Origin: Nitrososphaerota archaeon
Lineage (GTDB): Archaea; Thermoproteota; Nitrososphaeria_A; Caldarchaeales; Caldarchaeaceae
Length of the DNA: 64,000 bases
Direction of reading: 5' to 3'
Assembly (NCBI GenBank): GCA_041641305.1
Contig: JBEPYN010000002.1
Span: forward strand, 256,001-320,000
Part shown: piece after piece, positions 18,341 to 28,498 of the stretch
Layout: every line of letters begins with the position of its first letter
Numbering within the stretch: position 1 is the stretch's first letter
Program-made: the position numbers and the translations under genes
Notes under the pieces: generated by a model
The model's input: only the letters and a program-made list of their open reading frames with translations
What the model was told of the DNA's origin: nothing
Databases searched by the model: none

Positions 18341-19431
18341 TAGCGGAGGTTCACGGCGACGTCTGCAGACTCGGCTACCTGAAGCTTATTCCCTGCATTC
18401 TCGAGGATGGTTCGCCGCGTTCGGCTGACTACTTGGCCTCGGTGTTGTATGAGACATGTAGGGCCTTGGTCGACGATGTTGGAGAGATGCTTGGCATGCT
18501 TAGGACTGAGGTTAACGCACGCAACTATGTCAAGCTGGCTGCGCAGCTGGGGTTCTACGACAGGGTTTCGGGTAGGCCAGGCCTCTATGGAGCGGCCTAC
18601 ATCTGTCTCAATTCTTCGGAAGCTTTGCGGAAACATGTCTCGGGAGAGAGGACGGCCGTGGTCTCAGAGGTTTTGAGGTTGACCGATGTTGAGAAGACAC
18701 TTTTCCTCCACGCGCTTCTGAGCAAGGATTTCTACATTTTTTCTGGCATGCTTAGGTGGATGGCTGATGTGCATGAGTTCAGCCGTCTCGAGGCCATGTA
18801 TGCTGTGATGGAGGAGGTCTATCCCGAGGCTCTGAGACGGTTGCTGAAGAGGTTGCCGGAAAGGCGGCGGGCCATGGTTCAGAAGGAGCTTGAACAGGCC
18901 ACGAGTTTTCGTGAGGAGAGGCTAAAGTATGCTTCGAAGGCTGAGTGGATTAAGAGCCGTCTCTACGCCAAGTATAGGCACTTTGTTCCGCCGAGGCTGG
19001 AGTGGATGGTTGACATCGGTTTCCTCGAGAGGGTGAAGCGGGCGCGGTATAAGGTCTCGCAGAAGTTTCTGAAAAATGTCCGCGAGTTGTCGGATGTGTT
19101 TGAGAAGCCTGTGGAGAGGGTTGACCAGACTTTCTTCACCACGTTTGTTCCATTGTTTCACAGTGTTAGGATTGGGGGGCAGAAGGCTGAGATGCAGGCA
19201 TTGCTTGATGTCTACCGTGTTCTCCATAGAGCGCTTGGAAAAGTTAAGCTGAATGTTCTCTGCCTCGCCGCCGCCTACCGTCTTCTCGAGGAGGGATATA
19301 GGTCAACCCCCGCATCTGTTTCACGCACCTTCAGCTATCTCTCGCTATTACACAGTGACAGGGTCTTCACAAGCATCTCTGACGACGGCTCACCCGAGGT
19401 TACGCTTCTCGACATACAGACTGTTGAATGA
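18337..19431 (+). CDS. Uncharacterised protein coupled to the MTase; putative winged-helix DNA-binding protein
   Basis: GTGA overlap with the MTase stop; wHTH-like segments YVKLAAQLGFYD and PRLEWMVDIGFLER..YKVS. Confidence 0.6.
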   Translation: MIAEVHGDVCRLGYLKLIPCILEDGSPRSADYLASVLYETCRALVDDVGEMLGMLRTEVNARNYVKLAAQLGFYDRVSGRPGLYGAAYICLNSSEALRKHVSGERTAVVSEVLRLTDVEKTLFLHALLSKDFYIFSGMLRWMADVHEFSRLEAMYAVMEEVYPEALRRLLKRLPERRRAMVQKELEQATSFREERLKYASKAEWIKSRLYAKYRHFVPPRLEWMVDIGFLERVKRARYKVSQKFLKNVRELSDVFEKPVERVDQTFFTTFVPLFHSVRIGGQKAEMQALLDVYRVLHRALGKVKLNVLCLAAAYRLLEEGYRSTPASVSRTFSYLSLLHSDRVFTSISDDGSPEVTLLDIQTVE

Positions 19432-19449
19432 AGTGGTCAGACTGCCCAT

Positions 19450-19475
19450 CGTCCATCACCAGCTCAAGATGGACG
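19450..19475. terminator. Hairpin between convergent genes
   Basis: CGTCCATC-N10-GATGGACG, perfect 8-bp stem. Confidence 0.35.
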
Positions 19476-19537
19476 TTCGTCATCATCCCGGTTAACTGTT
19501 CTACAAACCGTGTATAAAACCCTAACAGCGTGGAGAG

Positions 19538-20169
19538 TTAGGAAATCTCGACCACTTTCAGGGGTGTGAGGCTCCCGCTCCATTTGAGAACCCAGACATC
19601 CTTGGACTCGGCGTATTTCAGCGCGTCTGGCACGGCGTAGTCTGCGTAAACTACTTTCACCAGCTTTGGCCTCAGGGCTTCGGGCTTTTTCTGCTTCAGA
19701 AGCTCAACCTTCTCCAACACCTCGTCAACCATTGCCATCTCCATCCGGACAGTAGCCTCGCCGACAACACCAAGTCACCGGCGACACCGTAGATATCAAT
19801 CTCCCGCGAATCCACAAAAAGCCTGCCCAGCTCCACGTCAACCTCCAGCATCTCCCTCAGCCGATGCCTAACGTGGCTGAGAGCCTTCTCCTCAACGCTT
19901 ATCGTCAACCTATCCAGCTTGACGGCCACCCTGTCAAGAGTAATCCTTATATCGCGAACTTCAGCCCATAACTTTTCCTGCCCCTTCCACATTTTTTCTT
20001 GTCCTTCTCTGGAAGTTTTCAGTTCTTCCCAGATTTTTCTCATCTCGGTCTCCATCGCGTCCATTCGTTTCAGGATCTCGGATAGTCCGAGGTAGCCGGC
20101 GATGGTGTAGCGGAGTTCTTCGTCTTCTTTGAGGAGTTTGAGGATGGTTTTTTTGAGGCGTGTGGCCAT
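19538..20169 (-). pseudogene. Frameshifted archaeal coiled-coil + PD-(D/E)xK-like nuclease-fold protein
   Basis: LLKEDEELRYTIAGYLGLSEI N-terminus and heptad coiled coil. Adding one base near 19770 joins the two ORFs as EIDIYGVAGDL-C-VVGEATVRMEMAMVDEV. Confidence 0.75.
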
Positions 20170-20410
20170 GGGGGGTTTCTGTTGTTTGTTTGGTGGGGGT
20201 GTTTTTAGGGTTTGTGGCCTTTTTTGTTTGGGTGTGTTTTTGGGTTTTGGCTGTGTTCTAGTTTTGTAGAATGTGTTGTTTTTTGTGTTTTTGTGGTTTT
20301 TTGGCGGGTTTTTCTGTTTTGGGGGTTTGGTTTTTAAGGGTGTGGTATTACGGGGGTGTTGTTGTTTGTATTTTTTGGATGTTGTTGTCCAGAGTTTTGG
20401 AGGGGTTCTA
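20170..20410. repeat. Low-complexity G/T-rich intergenic tract
   Basis: About 240 bp made almost entirely of G and T runs on the + strand. Confidence 0.85.
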
Positions 20411-20420
20411 GACTGTTACG

Positions 20421-20430
20421 GGTTATATAG
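20421..20430 (+). promoter_or_regulatory. TATA box of the giant surface-protein gene (probably leaderless)
   Basis: TTATATA at 20423-20429, about 25 bp before ATG 20454. Confidence 0.6.
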
Positions 20431-20453
20431 TGGGTGTTGGGCTGGGTGTGTTG

Positions 20454-23400
20454 ATGATTGGAAAAAGTCAAGCAGTTTTGCTAGCTTTGCTGCTGGCTTT
20501 GCCGACGGCTTTCCTTGGAGCTTCGCTTGTCGCGCCGGCTTTCGCACAAACCAACTACACCGCATGGCTAAAAATAGTGACAAGCGCATGGGAGGGAACA
20601 CCAACAGTTTATCCACCGGTAACCCCTGACCCTGCACGCACAGGATACGCAGAGAGATACAACGTTACCAATGTTTGTGTCGAGGTTTACCGGTTTAAGC
20701 AGCCCAGACAAGACCATGACTTCAATAATCCTAATTGGGCTCGTAACTTTCTTGGGAACCTGACTTGGGAGGGTCCAGCACTGCCTGTGACTGATAGGCC
20801 TAACGGTACTGGGTTTATTCAGATTCGGTGGCCTGCGGGATGGGATAACTTCACGGTGATTGTAAAAGCGAGGAGCTATCAGGGAGATTGCATCGGTGCC
20901 GGAAACCCGTTCAGAGGAATCATAGTCTATTGGTTGACGGTTAACGCGACGGAGAGGTTCAAGCATGCACTAATAGGGGCGCCATGGGTATTGACACCAA
21001 CGATACCTTACGGAAGCAACGTTACCCTTAACGATGACGGCATATGGGATATCCATCCAGGCGCCTTTGACTTCAATTTGCCTAGGGCGGATTTGGGGTC
21101 TGGTCCGGTGGACTTCTTGGACAATGCTACTTCTATAGGCTATGACCCGAAGTGGTTCGCGGGTAACTTTAGCACCCCTGGTAGGGCGTGGGTTGCCCGT
21201 GCCGCGTACATGTTCAAAGTCTTCCACGAACACAGCTGGTACAGTCTTAAGGATAACTTGACATACGCTACCATCTTCATCTATGACACGGACCATACGG
21301 ATGCCGGCTCCTCCACATCCCTCCTACAGGCCGCTATCACGGGCAATGATGGACAGAGCAGGTATACGCGTGAGATTTACCCTGCTTACCAGGGGTTGAA
21401 CGAGTATGGACCCGGCACAAGAGGACGATACGCCGACAACAGGCTTGTTCCCATACCGTTGCAGATACTGAACCTCGGTAACAAAACAGCCTTCCACGGA
21501 GGAATAGTTGCTCCAGACACCGCTCCCAATACACGTAGTCCGATAGGGGCTCCGCATCTCAACGCCACTAAGAGAGTCTGGTGGGAGACAGTATTAGTGA
21601 ACCAGACACTCTACGTGGGCGACGAATACAACGGAACAGCTGGCTTTGTGGACCTTGCGCCATCCCTCAATAAATGGAGACCGTTGTTCGGAGGCTTCTC
21701 AGCAGACCCGACACTTAGCTCAACAGTTACACAAGGCGGGGTAACAGGAGTCGCTGCAGGGCCTCTCAGCCTCGCCCTAAACCACACAGCCGTTCCAAGA
21801 AGCGCCTCGGCGACTGATGGCTTTGATACATGGCCCGTAACAGAAGCAAACGTAACAATCACAGCCAACTTCAACAACAACACCGTGTTCTATGCTAGGT
21901 TCTGTGTGCAGGACGCTGACCTGAATATTCAGCATCCTGAAGTAGGTGATAAAATGGTTGGCGCCGAGGTGACGCTTAACTTCAAGACATCCGCCAACAC
22001 GCCCTACTATCTCGCCCACAGCATTCACACGACGGGCAGCGACGGCTGCACCGACGACCCGCACAAGTGGCCAGGATACCTAAGCAAATTCAGCAGGTAT
22101 GGACGCTTCCCCAACGGCACCGACTGGAGCCTCAGAGGAAGCCTCAACGCCAGCTACTTCTTCAACCCCGTCGACGACGCCTCACCCGTGTGGAGGCCTG
22201 GTGGATACTTTGAGCGGGCTTGGGGCGGAAGCTGGCAGGGACCATACATCAACGCAGGCAGGAACTGGAGCGCCCTCATCCCCGAAATCACCTACATGAA
22301 GACGAGAACCCTGAGCGATGACCCGCGGTGGGGAGGCTTCGAGATACAGGTCAAGTGGAAAGGCGGAAGCAGAAACGGATACGGCGGCAGCCCCGTACTC
22401 GTCGACAGCGTAAGAGTACGCAACCCATACGCCATAGCAGCGACAAACACAACAACATACAACGGATGGAAGAGACCCAACCTAGACAGCACACCGGGCG
22501 ACGACGACACCGTCTGGAACTTTGTCCTCGTCAAAATCCACGAAGTCGCAGGAGACACATTCACAATAGGAACCAAAGTCCTCCGGCCGCCGGTAACCCT
22601 GATGCTAAACTCGACAGGACCAATAACAATCGTACTAGGTGGTTTTGACCCCGTCGCAGAAACCTTGAACATAGCCGTCACAGGCACAGTCGATGTATGG
22701 ATAGTCGAGAATGCGACACTCGCTGACGATACCGTCACAGACCCTGCAATCATAGGGGCGAAGGCGTCGATAAAGTACCATGAAGCAAGAACCGGCTCAA
22801 ACATTCTCAATGGACAGTTCTTTGGAGATGGTTGGCTTGACATAGGGCCCGACGGCGTCCCAGACAACACCGGAATAGGCGCGTTCACACTCGGCACCAC
22901 AGCTGAAACGGGTGCAGCGGAGGTTGAGATATGGCCAGGCCCCGTGGGAACAGGAACTCTACGAGTCCTGCTCTCGCAGAACAACACTGACATCGCCACG
23001 TATATTGACTTCACTGGCGGGATGCTGTTAGGCGGTACACCAACTATTCCAGCATGGAACCTATTCGCTAACGCGCGGCAGGTTATACTGCTTCAGCCGC
23101 TTGCGGAACATGAGGCTCCAGACATAGCGCTCTACAGAACAGGGCTAGTATACATCACCGCCAAAGTCCATGACATAGCCTACAGGCTTGTCGACAACCT
23201 CGGCAACCCAATCCCAGCCGCCAAAACAGCCGTAACACTCAGCCGCGGCAACGGACCAAACGTAGTCAAAGAAGGAGCAGGCTCAGACCCAGACAGACTA
23301 CTCGGAGGACTTGGATGGAGCTACAACATACACGGCGAAGGATGGGCAGTCTTCTACCAGCTACCGATGGAGTCAGCCTACACAGTGACAGTCACCTACG

Positions 23401-26400
23401 ACGGCGTGCCGGTCGGAGAAGCATCGATAGACAAGCTAACACACACCATCATGGAAGACCTCGTAGTCAACGTATTCAAGGTCAAGCTAGTCTTCGTCGA
23501 CTGCGAAGACAGCCCGCTCTCGAGAGAAGCATTCGTCAGAATCACGCCACCATCGCCTGCGACACCCTACACATCCCAGCTCGATAGCACAGGAGCTCTC
23601 GACTTCGGCTACCTCGCGGGAGGCGAATACACCATCAACGGGGTATGGTGGAAAGGCGTCTGGGTCAAGTTCGCTGAAGCGAGAATAGGCTCGCGGACAC
23701 TCAGCCTCAACCCCGACGGAAGCTTCACATTCACAGTCGACAGCAACATCGACGCACCCATCAAACTCAAAGCGCTCATCAACGACTTCGTCTTCACCAC
23801 ATGGGACTTCAACCAAGACAACAAAATACCCAGGCTCAACATCACCCTCACATGGGTAGGCGAACACCCGCTAACAGGCAGAAGAATGTACTTCCTCGAA
23901 ACAATGGACCCGCCAATCGACACCAACACAGACCCATTCAACACATCCGTGGCCTTCAGCCAGTTCTTCCGCTACGACATCGACCACTTCTTCGGCGGCG
24001 TATCCAAGGCCAACGGCCTCAAGACCTACGGAGACGTCCGCTACATCTTCTACAAGATGCCCAGCACCTACTACAACATAACGGTAACAACAGTAACCTC
24101 AGGCGACGCCGAGACAGTGCAGACACCAGGCAACAGCAAATGGCCAGGCAGAACAGTCCCCGTCGACTACGAAATCAAGATAGACTGGACAAGCCACAGC
24201 AGCGCACCAAAAGTTAGAAACACACCTGCAACCATCAACGACAGGGTTGTCCTCAGAGTCTACATGACATGGGGCGGCCAATTCGTCACAGACCCAGACC
24301 TCAACCCAATAGGCAACGCCACACTATACACAACATGCGGCCCAGTCAACATCGACCTCCTCACATGGGCCCACACCTTCTACCAGCGCATCGTCGACGG
24401 CGACTTCGACTACCTCAACGAAGCACGCCGCATAGGCAACGCAACATACCACATAGTCAACGACAACGGCGTAATGATGGAGATGTACATACCCGAGGAG
24501 GGAGTCTTCTCCAGCCTCTTCGTAAGCAAATGGACCGAGGACACACTTCTAACCACATGGCTCAAAGCAGAGAGCCAGCACAGCAGCAACATATGGTGGA
24601 ACGGCACCTACCGCAAACAAGACCTCCAGTTCTACGACTATGTTTACCCGCTCGAGTTCACCAGAGGCGAGGAGCCGTGGGCAAGGTTCTACGACAGAGT
24701 CGGGCTAACAGGAAGCGGATGGCTGACAACGCAGAGAGGGCCTCTAACGAGTCCAGGTCCAGGAGGAGATGTTAGGCCAGGAGACAGCTTCCTCATAACC
24801 GAGTTCTTCAACGTAACGACAGGCCAGAACGACAACGCCAAGTACCCGACCCACAACTTCACAGTCGTCGGCAGCGAAGGCCTATGGAACCAGCAGAGAT
24901 GGAGATGGGAGCAGGCAGTAGCTGACGGCCTCGTGCCAGAGGTTCCAGCAAGACCCTACAGCCTCGTCTTCGAGAAACAAGTCGTAACCGTGCCCATACC
25001 CGTGGGCTTCATAACCCTCAACCTCAAAGACGAAGACCTCGCAAGACCCATACCATACGCAGTAGTCCAACTAGACGTATACTATGATGATTCGGGCACG
25101 GCAGAACGCAGTTCTTCGGTTCTCTACAAGACAGGAGCCAATGGCAACCTCACACTCCTCTATCCAACTCAGGAGGCGATGGAGAACATCCTAGGCTCCT
25201 CGGTTGTTAACTACACGTTGACCGTCTACTGGTACCTCAACAGCAGCATCGTCTACAAAGACGCCTTCAACCTCACCAAGAGAGGCTACTCGGTTGACAA
25301 AGTCGCCATCGCCGACGTAACCTTCGTCCTCGCCATAAGCGCCAACAAAGACAGACCCGTCAAAGACCTCTATGCAAGAATATGGTGGTTCAACGTCACC
25401 GACGGCGAAACTGTCTTCCCAGGCAGGATAACCGTCGACCACGCCCGCAAGACATGGACCTACACAGCAGTCCCCGAAACCCGTGGAGCAGCCAAATGGA
25501 CAACAGGGCAGCTCACCTTGCCATGGCTACCAACCAGCGAACGGTTCACAAGAACCGACTGGGACCTCGTCTTTGACTCAGACGAAGGCAGATGGGTCTA
25601 CGACGAGATAACCAAGACATGGGACATACCCTACCCAAGCTACAGCGACGGAGCACCCATTGACGGGTGGCCATACAACCCAGTGCCCACAGGCTACTAC
25701 CGCGCCCTAAGCTTCACAGAGAACGCCAGAATACAGTACCGCATCAGCGTATGGAGCGACCAGCTGCCAATCGATCCATCCCTGCCACAATACGGTAGCG
25801 GCGCATGGAGCAGACCCGCTCCACAGCCGGCTGCAGGAGACCACTACGAGCTCGTCTGGACAAGACTCAGCACAGGCGACACCTCGGTACCGGTCTTCAG
25901 ATTCGCGTGGATGCTCTTCGGACACCCGCCCTTCGACATCACCTACTACCGTGGACCCGACGCGGTAGGCATCTTCCAGCCCATACCCGGCTACGCACTA
26001 ACCAGGACATGGACAGCCACACCCGCACCAGGAAGCAAAGTCGTCGCCATCAAGCTCAACGCCACCGACGTCGACATCCCAGTCTTCTGGCAGGTAGGAG
26101 ACCTTGAGCTCGGAACATACGACTGCGGACCACTCGTCGGCTACATCGTCAAAGGCAGAATAGTACCACCACTAGGCGCAACATTCGGCCCAAGAACCAT
26201 CGACGCCGTAACCACACCTGGAACCATCACAGTCGGAGACAAGACAGTCAACGTATGCATCGTCGGCAAACCAGTAGGCCTCGTAACAGTCGCCAGCGGA
26301 GACACACCATCGACAGTCATCTGGGGCAATAGCTCTCTTGTAATCGATGAGGTCTCGCCACCACCGAGCATATGGTACAACGACGGCACAGGCCAGGCAG

Positions 26401-28352
26401 GCGCAGACAACCCCAACAGAGGAACAACCAGCAACTACTGGAGAAACTGGGTCAGCCAAGCCATCGACCCAATCACCGGACAGCCCGTCAACCTACACGT
26501 CGGCGACCAGCAACAGGTGCCCGGCGTCGACCTCGGCATACAGTACATGGGCTACGGCAGACCATACGAAGGACTAGCACGTGAAACAAAGGTCATAGCG
26601 TTTAGCAACGACCCAGACAACAGAGCCCACAGGCCATTCATCAAGATGTTCGAGTTCCAGAACGTCTCCGCCAGAATCACAGACTTCAACGGCAGACCAC
26701 TGCCCGGAGCATTCTACCAGATAGTAGATGCGCAGACAGGCAAATCCGCCGCATGGAGCTACGCTGGACCGGACGGCAAAATAGTGCCCATGCCGATCAG
26801 AAAGCCCGGAGGAGTCTTCATCCAGAGAGTCCTCTACCTCGGACAGGGAGCCAACGGGGAACCCACATGGCCTGTCAACAGCTTCGCAAGATGGCCAATA
26901 GCCTATGACAGCAGAGACGACGAAACCACACAGGAGACACAGAAACCAGACATACCGCTAGGCTTCGCATACACAGCCGAAGCCGGACCCTGGCCCACAG
27001 GAGACGGATGGTTAGGAGCAGAGGTCTGCAGCCTCGTAGGCGACCACTGGTACCAATACTACACAACGGAGCGAATCTACATAAGTGGCAGAGGCAACGT
27101 GTATGACCAGAGACCGCTCGTCACACCGATTACCGAGAGCTTCGCCAGCTGCCCGCCGGCAGGCTGGGGCAGAAGCTTCGACGTCATCACACGCATCTTC
27201 GACCTCCGGATAAGGTTCGTCTACGGCGACGCACAGAGACCAGCCGACCCGGCATACGTCTTCAGCGCACCAAGCCTCGCACTACCCGACCAGTTCACCA
27301 TACGCGGACAAGGAGCCATCTTCGAAGCCAAACGCCTCGCAAGAAGCTCCTACGACATCGTCGCACTCTGGCCAGACGCAAACGGCGAGGAAGTTGGTAG
27401 AAGAACATTCGACGTCAGCAGAACCAACGTCGGAACAGTCGAAGGCACAGTCGTACTCGCACTCAGAGATGTCAGCTTCAACGTCGTCGACAGACAGGGT
27501 AGAGCCGTCTCGGGCGCAAGAGTAAGCGTCTCACCCAACCTCGTCAGAGAACAGGACATCCAGCTCAGACCCGACAGCATCTTCACAATCCTGCGCGTAC
27601 CCGATGGCAGAACCTACGACTTCACAGTAGAATGGACAAGCCCATACGGAACAACAGCCAGAGCAGCAGTAAGAGACACACCGGCAGGACTACAGAGCAG
27701 AGGCAGCATAGTCATACCCGTAGACGACGTAACCCTAACAGTAGTCGACTTCGACGGCAGACCCGTGGCAGGCGCAGCCATAACCTTCGGCGGCCAACAA
27801 GCAGGCACAACAGACAGCCAGGGCATCGTCGTCGTCGGACAAGTACCGCTCGACAACGAGTACCAGATAACCGTCACCAAGGACAGTACACCAATAGGCG
27901 AAGACAGAGTAAGGTTCACGGCATCCAGAACATCGGCCACCATCCAGGCAGGCGTATACGACATCGCCGTCATCGTCAGAGGTGCAGCAGGCCAGCCGAT
28001 ACAGGGCGCAACAGTTGAGCTCCAGAGAGGCGGAACCACAATAGCCACAGCGTCAACAGACTCCAGCGGCACAGCCGTCTTCACCAAAGTCATAGGCGCC
28101 GACTACTCCGTCAGAGCAACCTACGAACAATTCACCCAGAGCACCAACGTGCCAAGAGGCACAAGAAGCGCCACACTCGTCCTCGACCTCTACACCGTCC
28201 TACTCGGCGTGCCCATGACCCTCGCCACATTCCTTGCACTGATCATCGGCCTCATACTGCTGGTCATCGTCATCGTCGTCATCGTCAGCGAATACATCCG
28301 CTGGAGAGGACGCCGCCTCGGCATCTACCCAGCAGCACCACCCAAGAAATAA
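20454..28352 (+). CDS. Giant (about 2630 aa) membrane-anchored surface glycoprotein, candidate S-layer/adhesin, with C-terminal carboxypeptidase-regulatory-like beta-sandwich repeats
   Basis: Signal peptide ending AFA-Q; dozens of N-x-S/T sequons; repeated D..GRPV.GA.V / TDS.G units; C-terminal TM plus RWRGRR tail; strong codon bias. Confidence 0.8.
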   Translation: MIGKSQAVLLALLLALPTAFLGASLVAPAFAQTNYTAWLKIVTSAWEGTPTVYPPVTPDPARTGYAERYNVTNVCVEVYRFKQPRQDHDFNNPNWARNFLGNLTWEGPALPVTDRPNGTGFIQIRWPAGWDNFTVIVKARSYQGDCIGAGNPFRGIIVYWLTVNATERFKHALIGAPWVLTPTIPYGSNVTLNDDGIWDIHPGAFDFNLPRADLGSGPVDFLDNATSIGYDPKWFAGNFSTPGRAWVARAAYMFKVFHEHSWYSLKDNLTYATIFIYDTDHTDAGSSTSLLQAAITGNDGQSRYTREIYPAYQGLNEYGPGTRGRYADNRLVPIPLQILNLGNKTAFHGGIVAPDTAPNTRSPIGAPHLNATKRVWWETVLVNQTLYVGDEYNGTAGFVDLAPSLNKWRPLFGGFSADPTLSSTVTQGGVTGVAAGPLSLALNHTAVPRSASATDGFDTWPVTEANVTITANFNNNTVFYARFCVQDADLNIQHPEVGDKMVGAEVTLNFKTSANTPYYLAHSIHTTGSDGCTDDPHKWPGYLSKFSRYGRFPNGTDWSLRGSLNASYFFNPVDDASPVWRPGGYFERAWGGSWQGPYINAGRNWSALIPEITYMKTRTLSDDPRWGGFEIQVKWKGGSRNGYGGSPVLVDSVRVRNPYAIAATNTTTYNGWKRPNLDSTPGDDDTVWNFVLVKIHEVAGDTFTIGTKVLRPPVTLMLNSTGPITIVLGGFDPVAETLNIAVTGTVDVWIVENATLADDTVTDPAIIGAKASIKYHEARTGSNILNGQFFGDGWLDIGPDGVPDNTGIGAFTLGTTAETGAAEVEIWPGPVGTGTLRVLLSQNNTDIATYIDFTGGMLLGGTPTIPAWNLFANARQVILLQPLAEHEAPDIALYRTGLVYITAKVHDIAYRLVDNLGNPIPAAKTAVTLSRGNGPNVVKEGAGSDPDRLLGGLGWSYNIHGEGWAVFYQLPMESAYTVTVTYDGVPVGEASIDKLTHTIMEDLVVNVFKVKLVFVDCEDSPLSREAFVRITPPSPATPYTSQLDSTGALDFGYLAGGEYTINGVWWKGVWVKFAEARIGSRTLSLNPDGSFTFTVDSNIDAPIKLKALINDFVFTTWDFNQDNKIPRLNITLTWVGEHPLTGRRMYFLETMDPPIDTNTDPFNTSVAFSQFFRYDIDHFFGGVSKANGLKTYGDVRYIFYKMPSTYYNITVTTVTSGDAETVQTPGNSKWPGRTVPVDYEIKIDWTSHSSAPKVRNTPATINDRVVLRVYMTWGGQFVTDPDLNPIGNATLYTTCGPVNIDLLTWAHTFYQRIVDGDFDYLNEARRIGNATYHIVNDNGVMMEMYIPEEGVFSSLFVSKWTEDTLLTTWLKAESQHSSNIWWNGTYRKQDLQFYDYVYPLEFTRGEEPWARFYDRVGLTGSGWLTTQRGPLTSPGPGGDVRPGDSFLITEFFNVTTGQNDNAKYPTHNFTVVGSEGLWNQQRWRWEQAVADGLVPEVPARPYSLVFEKQVVTVPIPVGFITLNLKDEDLARPIPYAVVQLDVYYDDSGTAERSSSVLYKTGANGNLTLLYPTQEAMENILGSSVVNYTLTVYWYLNSSIVYKDAFNLTKRGYSVDKVAIADVTFVLAISANKDRPVKDLYARIWWFNVTDGETVFPGRITVDHARKTWTYTAVPETRGAAKWTTGQLTLPWLPTSERFTRTDWDLVFDSDEGRWVYDEITKTWDIPYPSYSDGAPIDGWPYNPVPTGYYRALSFTENARIQYRISVWSDQLPIDPSLPQYGSGAWSRPAPQPAAGDHYELVWTRLSTGDTSVPVFRFAWMLFGHPPFDITYYRGPDAVGIFQPIPGYALTRTWTATPAPGSKVVAIKLNATDVDIPVFWQVGDLELGTYDCGPLVGYIVKGRIVPPLGATFGPRTIDAVTTPGTITVGDKTVNVCIVGKPVGLVTVASGDTPSTVIWGNSSLVIDEVSPPPSIWYNDGTGQAGADNPNRGTTSNYWRNWVSQAIDPITGQPVNLHVGDQQQVPGVDLGIQYMGYGRPYEGLARETKVIAFSNDPDNRAHRPFIKMFEFQNVSARITDFNGRPLPGAFYQIVDAQTGKSAAWSYAGPDGKIVPMPIRKPGGVFIQRVLYLGQGANGEPTWPVNSFARWPIAYDSRDDETTQETQKPDIPLGFAYTAEAGPWPTGDGWLGAEVCSLVGDHWYQYYTTERIYISGRGNVYDQRPLVTPITESFASCPPAGWGRSFDVITRIFDLRIRFVYGDAQRPADPAYVFSAPSLALPDQFTIRGQGAIFEAKRLARSSYDIVALWPDANGEEVGRRTFDVSRTNVGTVEGTVVLALRDVSFNVVDRQGRAVSGARVSVSPNLVREQDIQLRPDSIFTILRVPDGRTYDFTVEWTSPYGTTARAAVRDTPAGLQSRGSIVIPVDDVTLTVVDFDGRPVAGAAITFGGQQAGTTDSQGIVVVGQVPLDNEYQITVTKDSTPIGEDRVRFTASRTSATIQAGVYDIAVIVRGAAGQPIQGATVELQRGGTTIATASTDSSGTAVFTKVIGADYSVRATYEQFTQSTNVPRGTRSATLVLDLYTVLLGVPMTLATFLALIIGLILLVIVIVVIVSEYIRWRGRRLGIYPAAPPKK

Positions 28353-28400
28353 ACACCAAAAACCCCCCTACCTTTTCTAAACACCCCTCAAATTTTTTAT
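28353..28400 (+). terminator. Pyrimidine/oligo-T tract after the surface-protein gene
   Basis: ccccccTACCTTTTCT...AAATTTTTTAT directly after the stop codon. Confidence 0.45.
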
Positions 28401-28498
28401 AAACCATCCAAAGCCTAGCGCATGGTATTGACGGGATAATTTCGAGACATTTCAACACGGAAAACGTTTTTAGTTACACGGTTGACAAGGCTTTCGGA

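Noticed and set aside
20385-20410. TCCAG..TGGAGGGG as an ORB replication-origin box
   Set aside because: Single poor match, no cdc6/orc1 in the window and no AT-rich unwinding element.
20273-20629. 118-aa Phe/Gly/Val/Cys-rich ORF
   Set aside because: Artefact of the stop-poor G/T tract; it overlaps the real gene start.
22292-28093. Many alternative-frame and antisense ORFs within the giant gene
   Set aside because: Expected from T-depleted codon usage, which suppresses stop codons.
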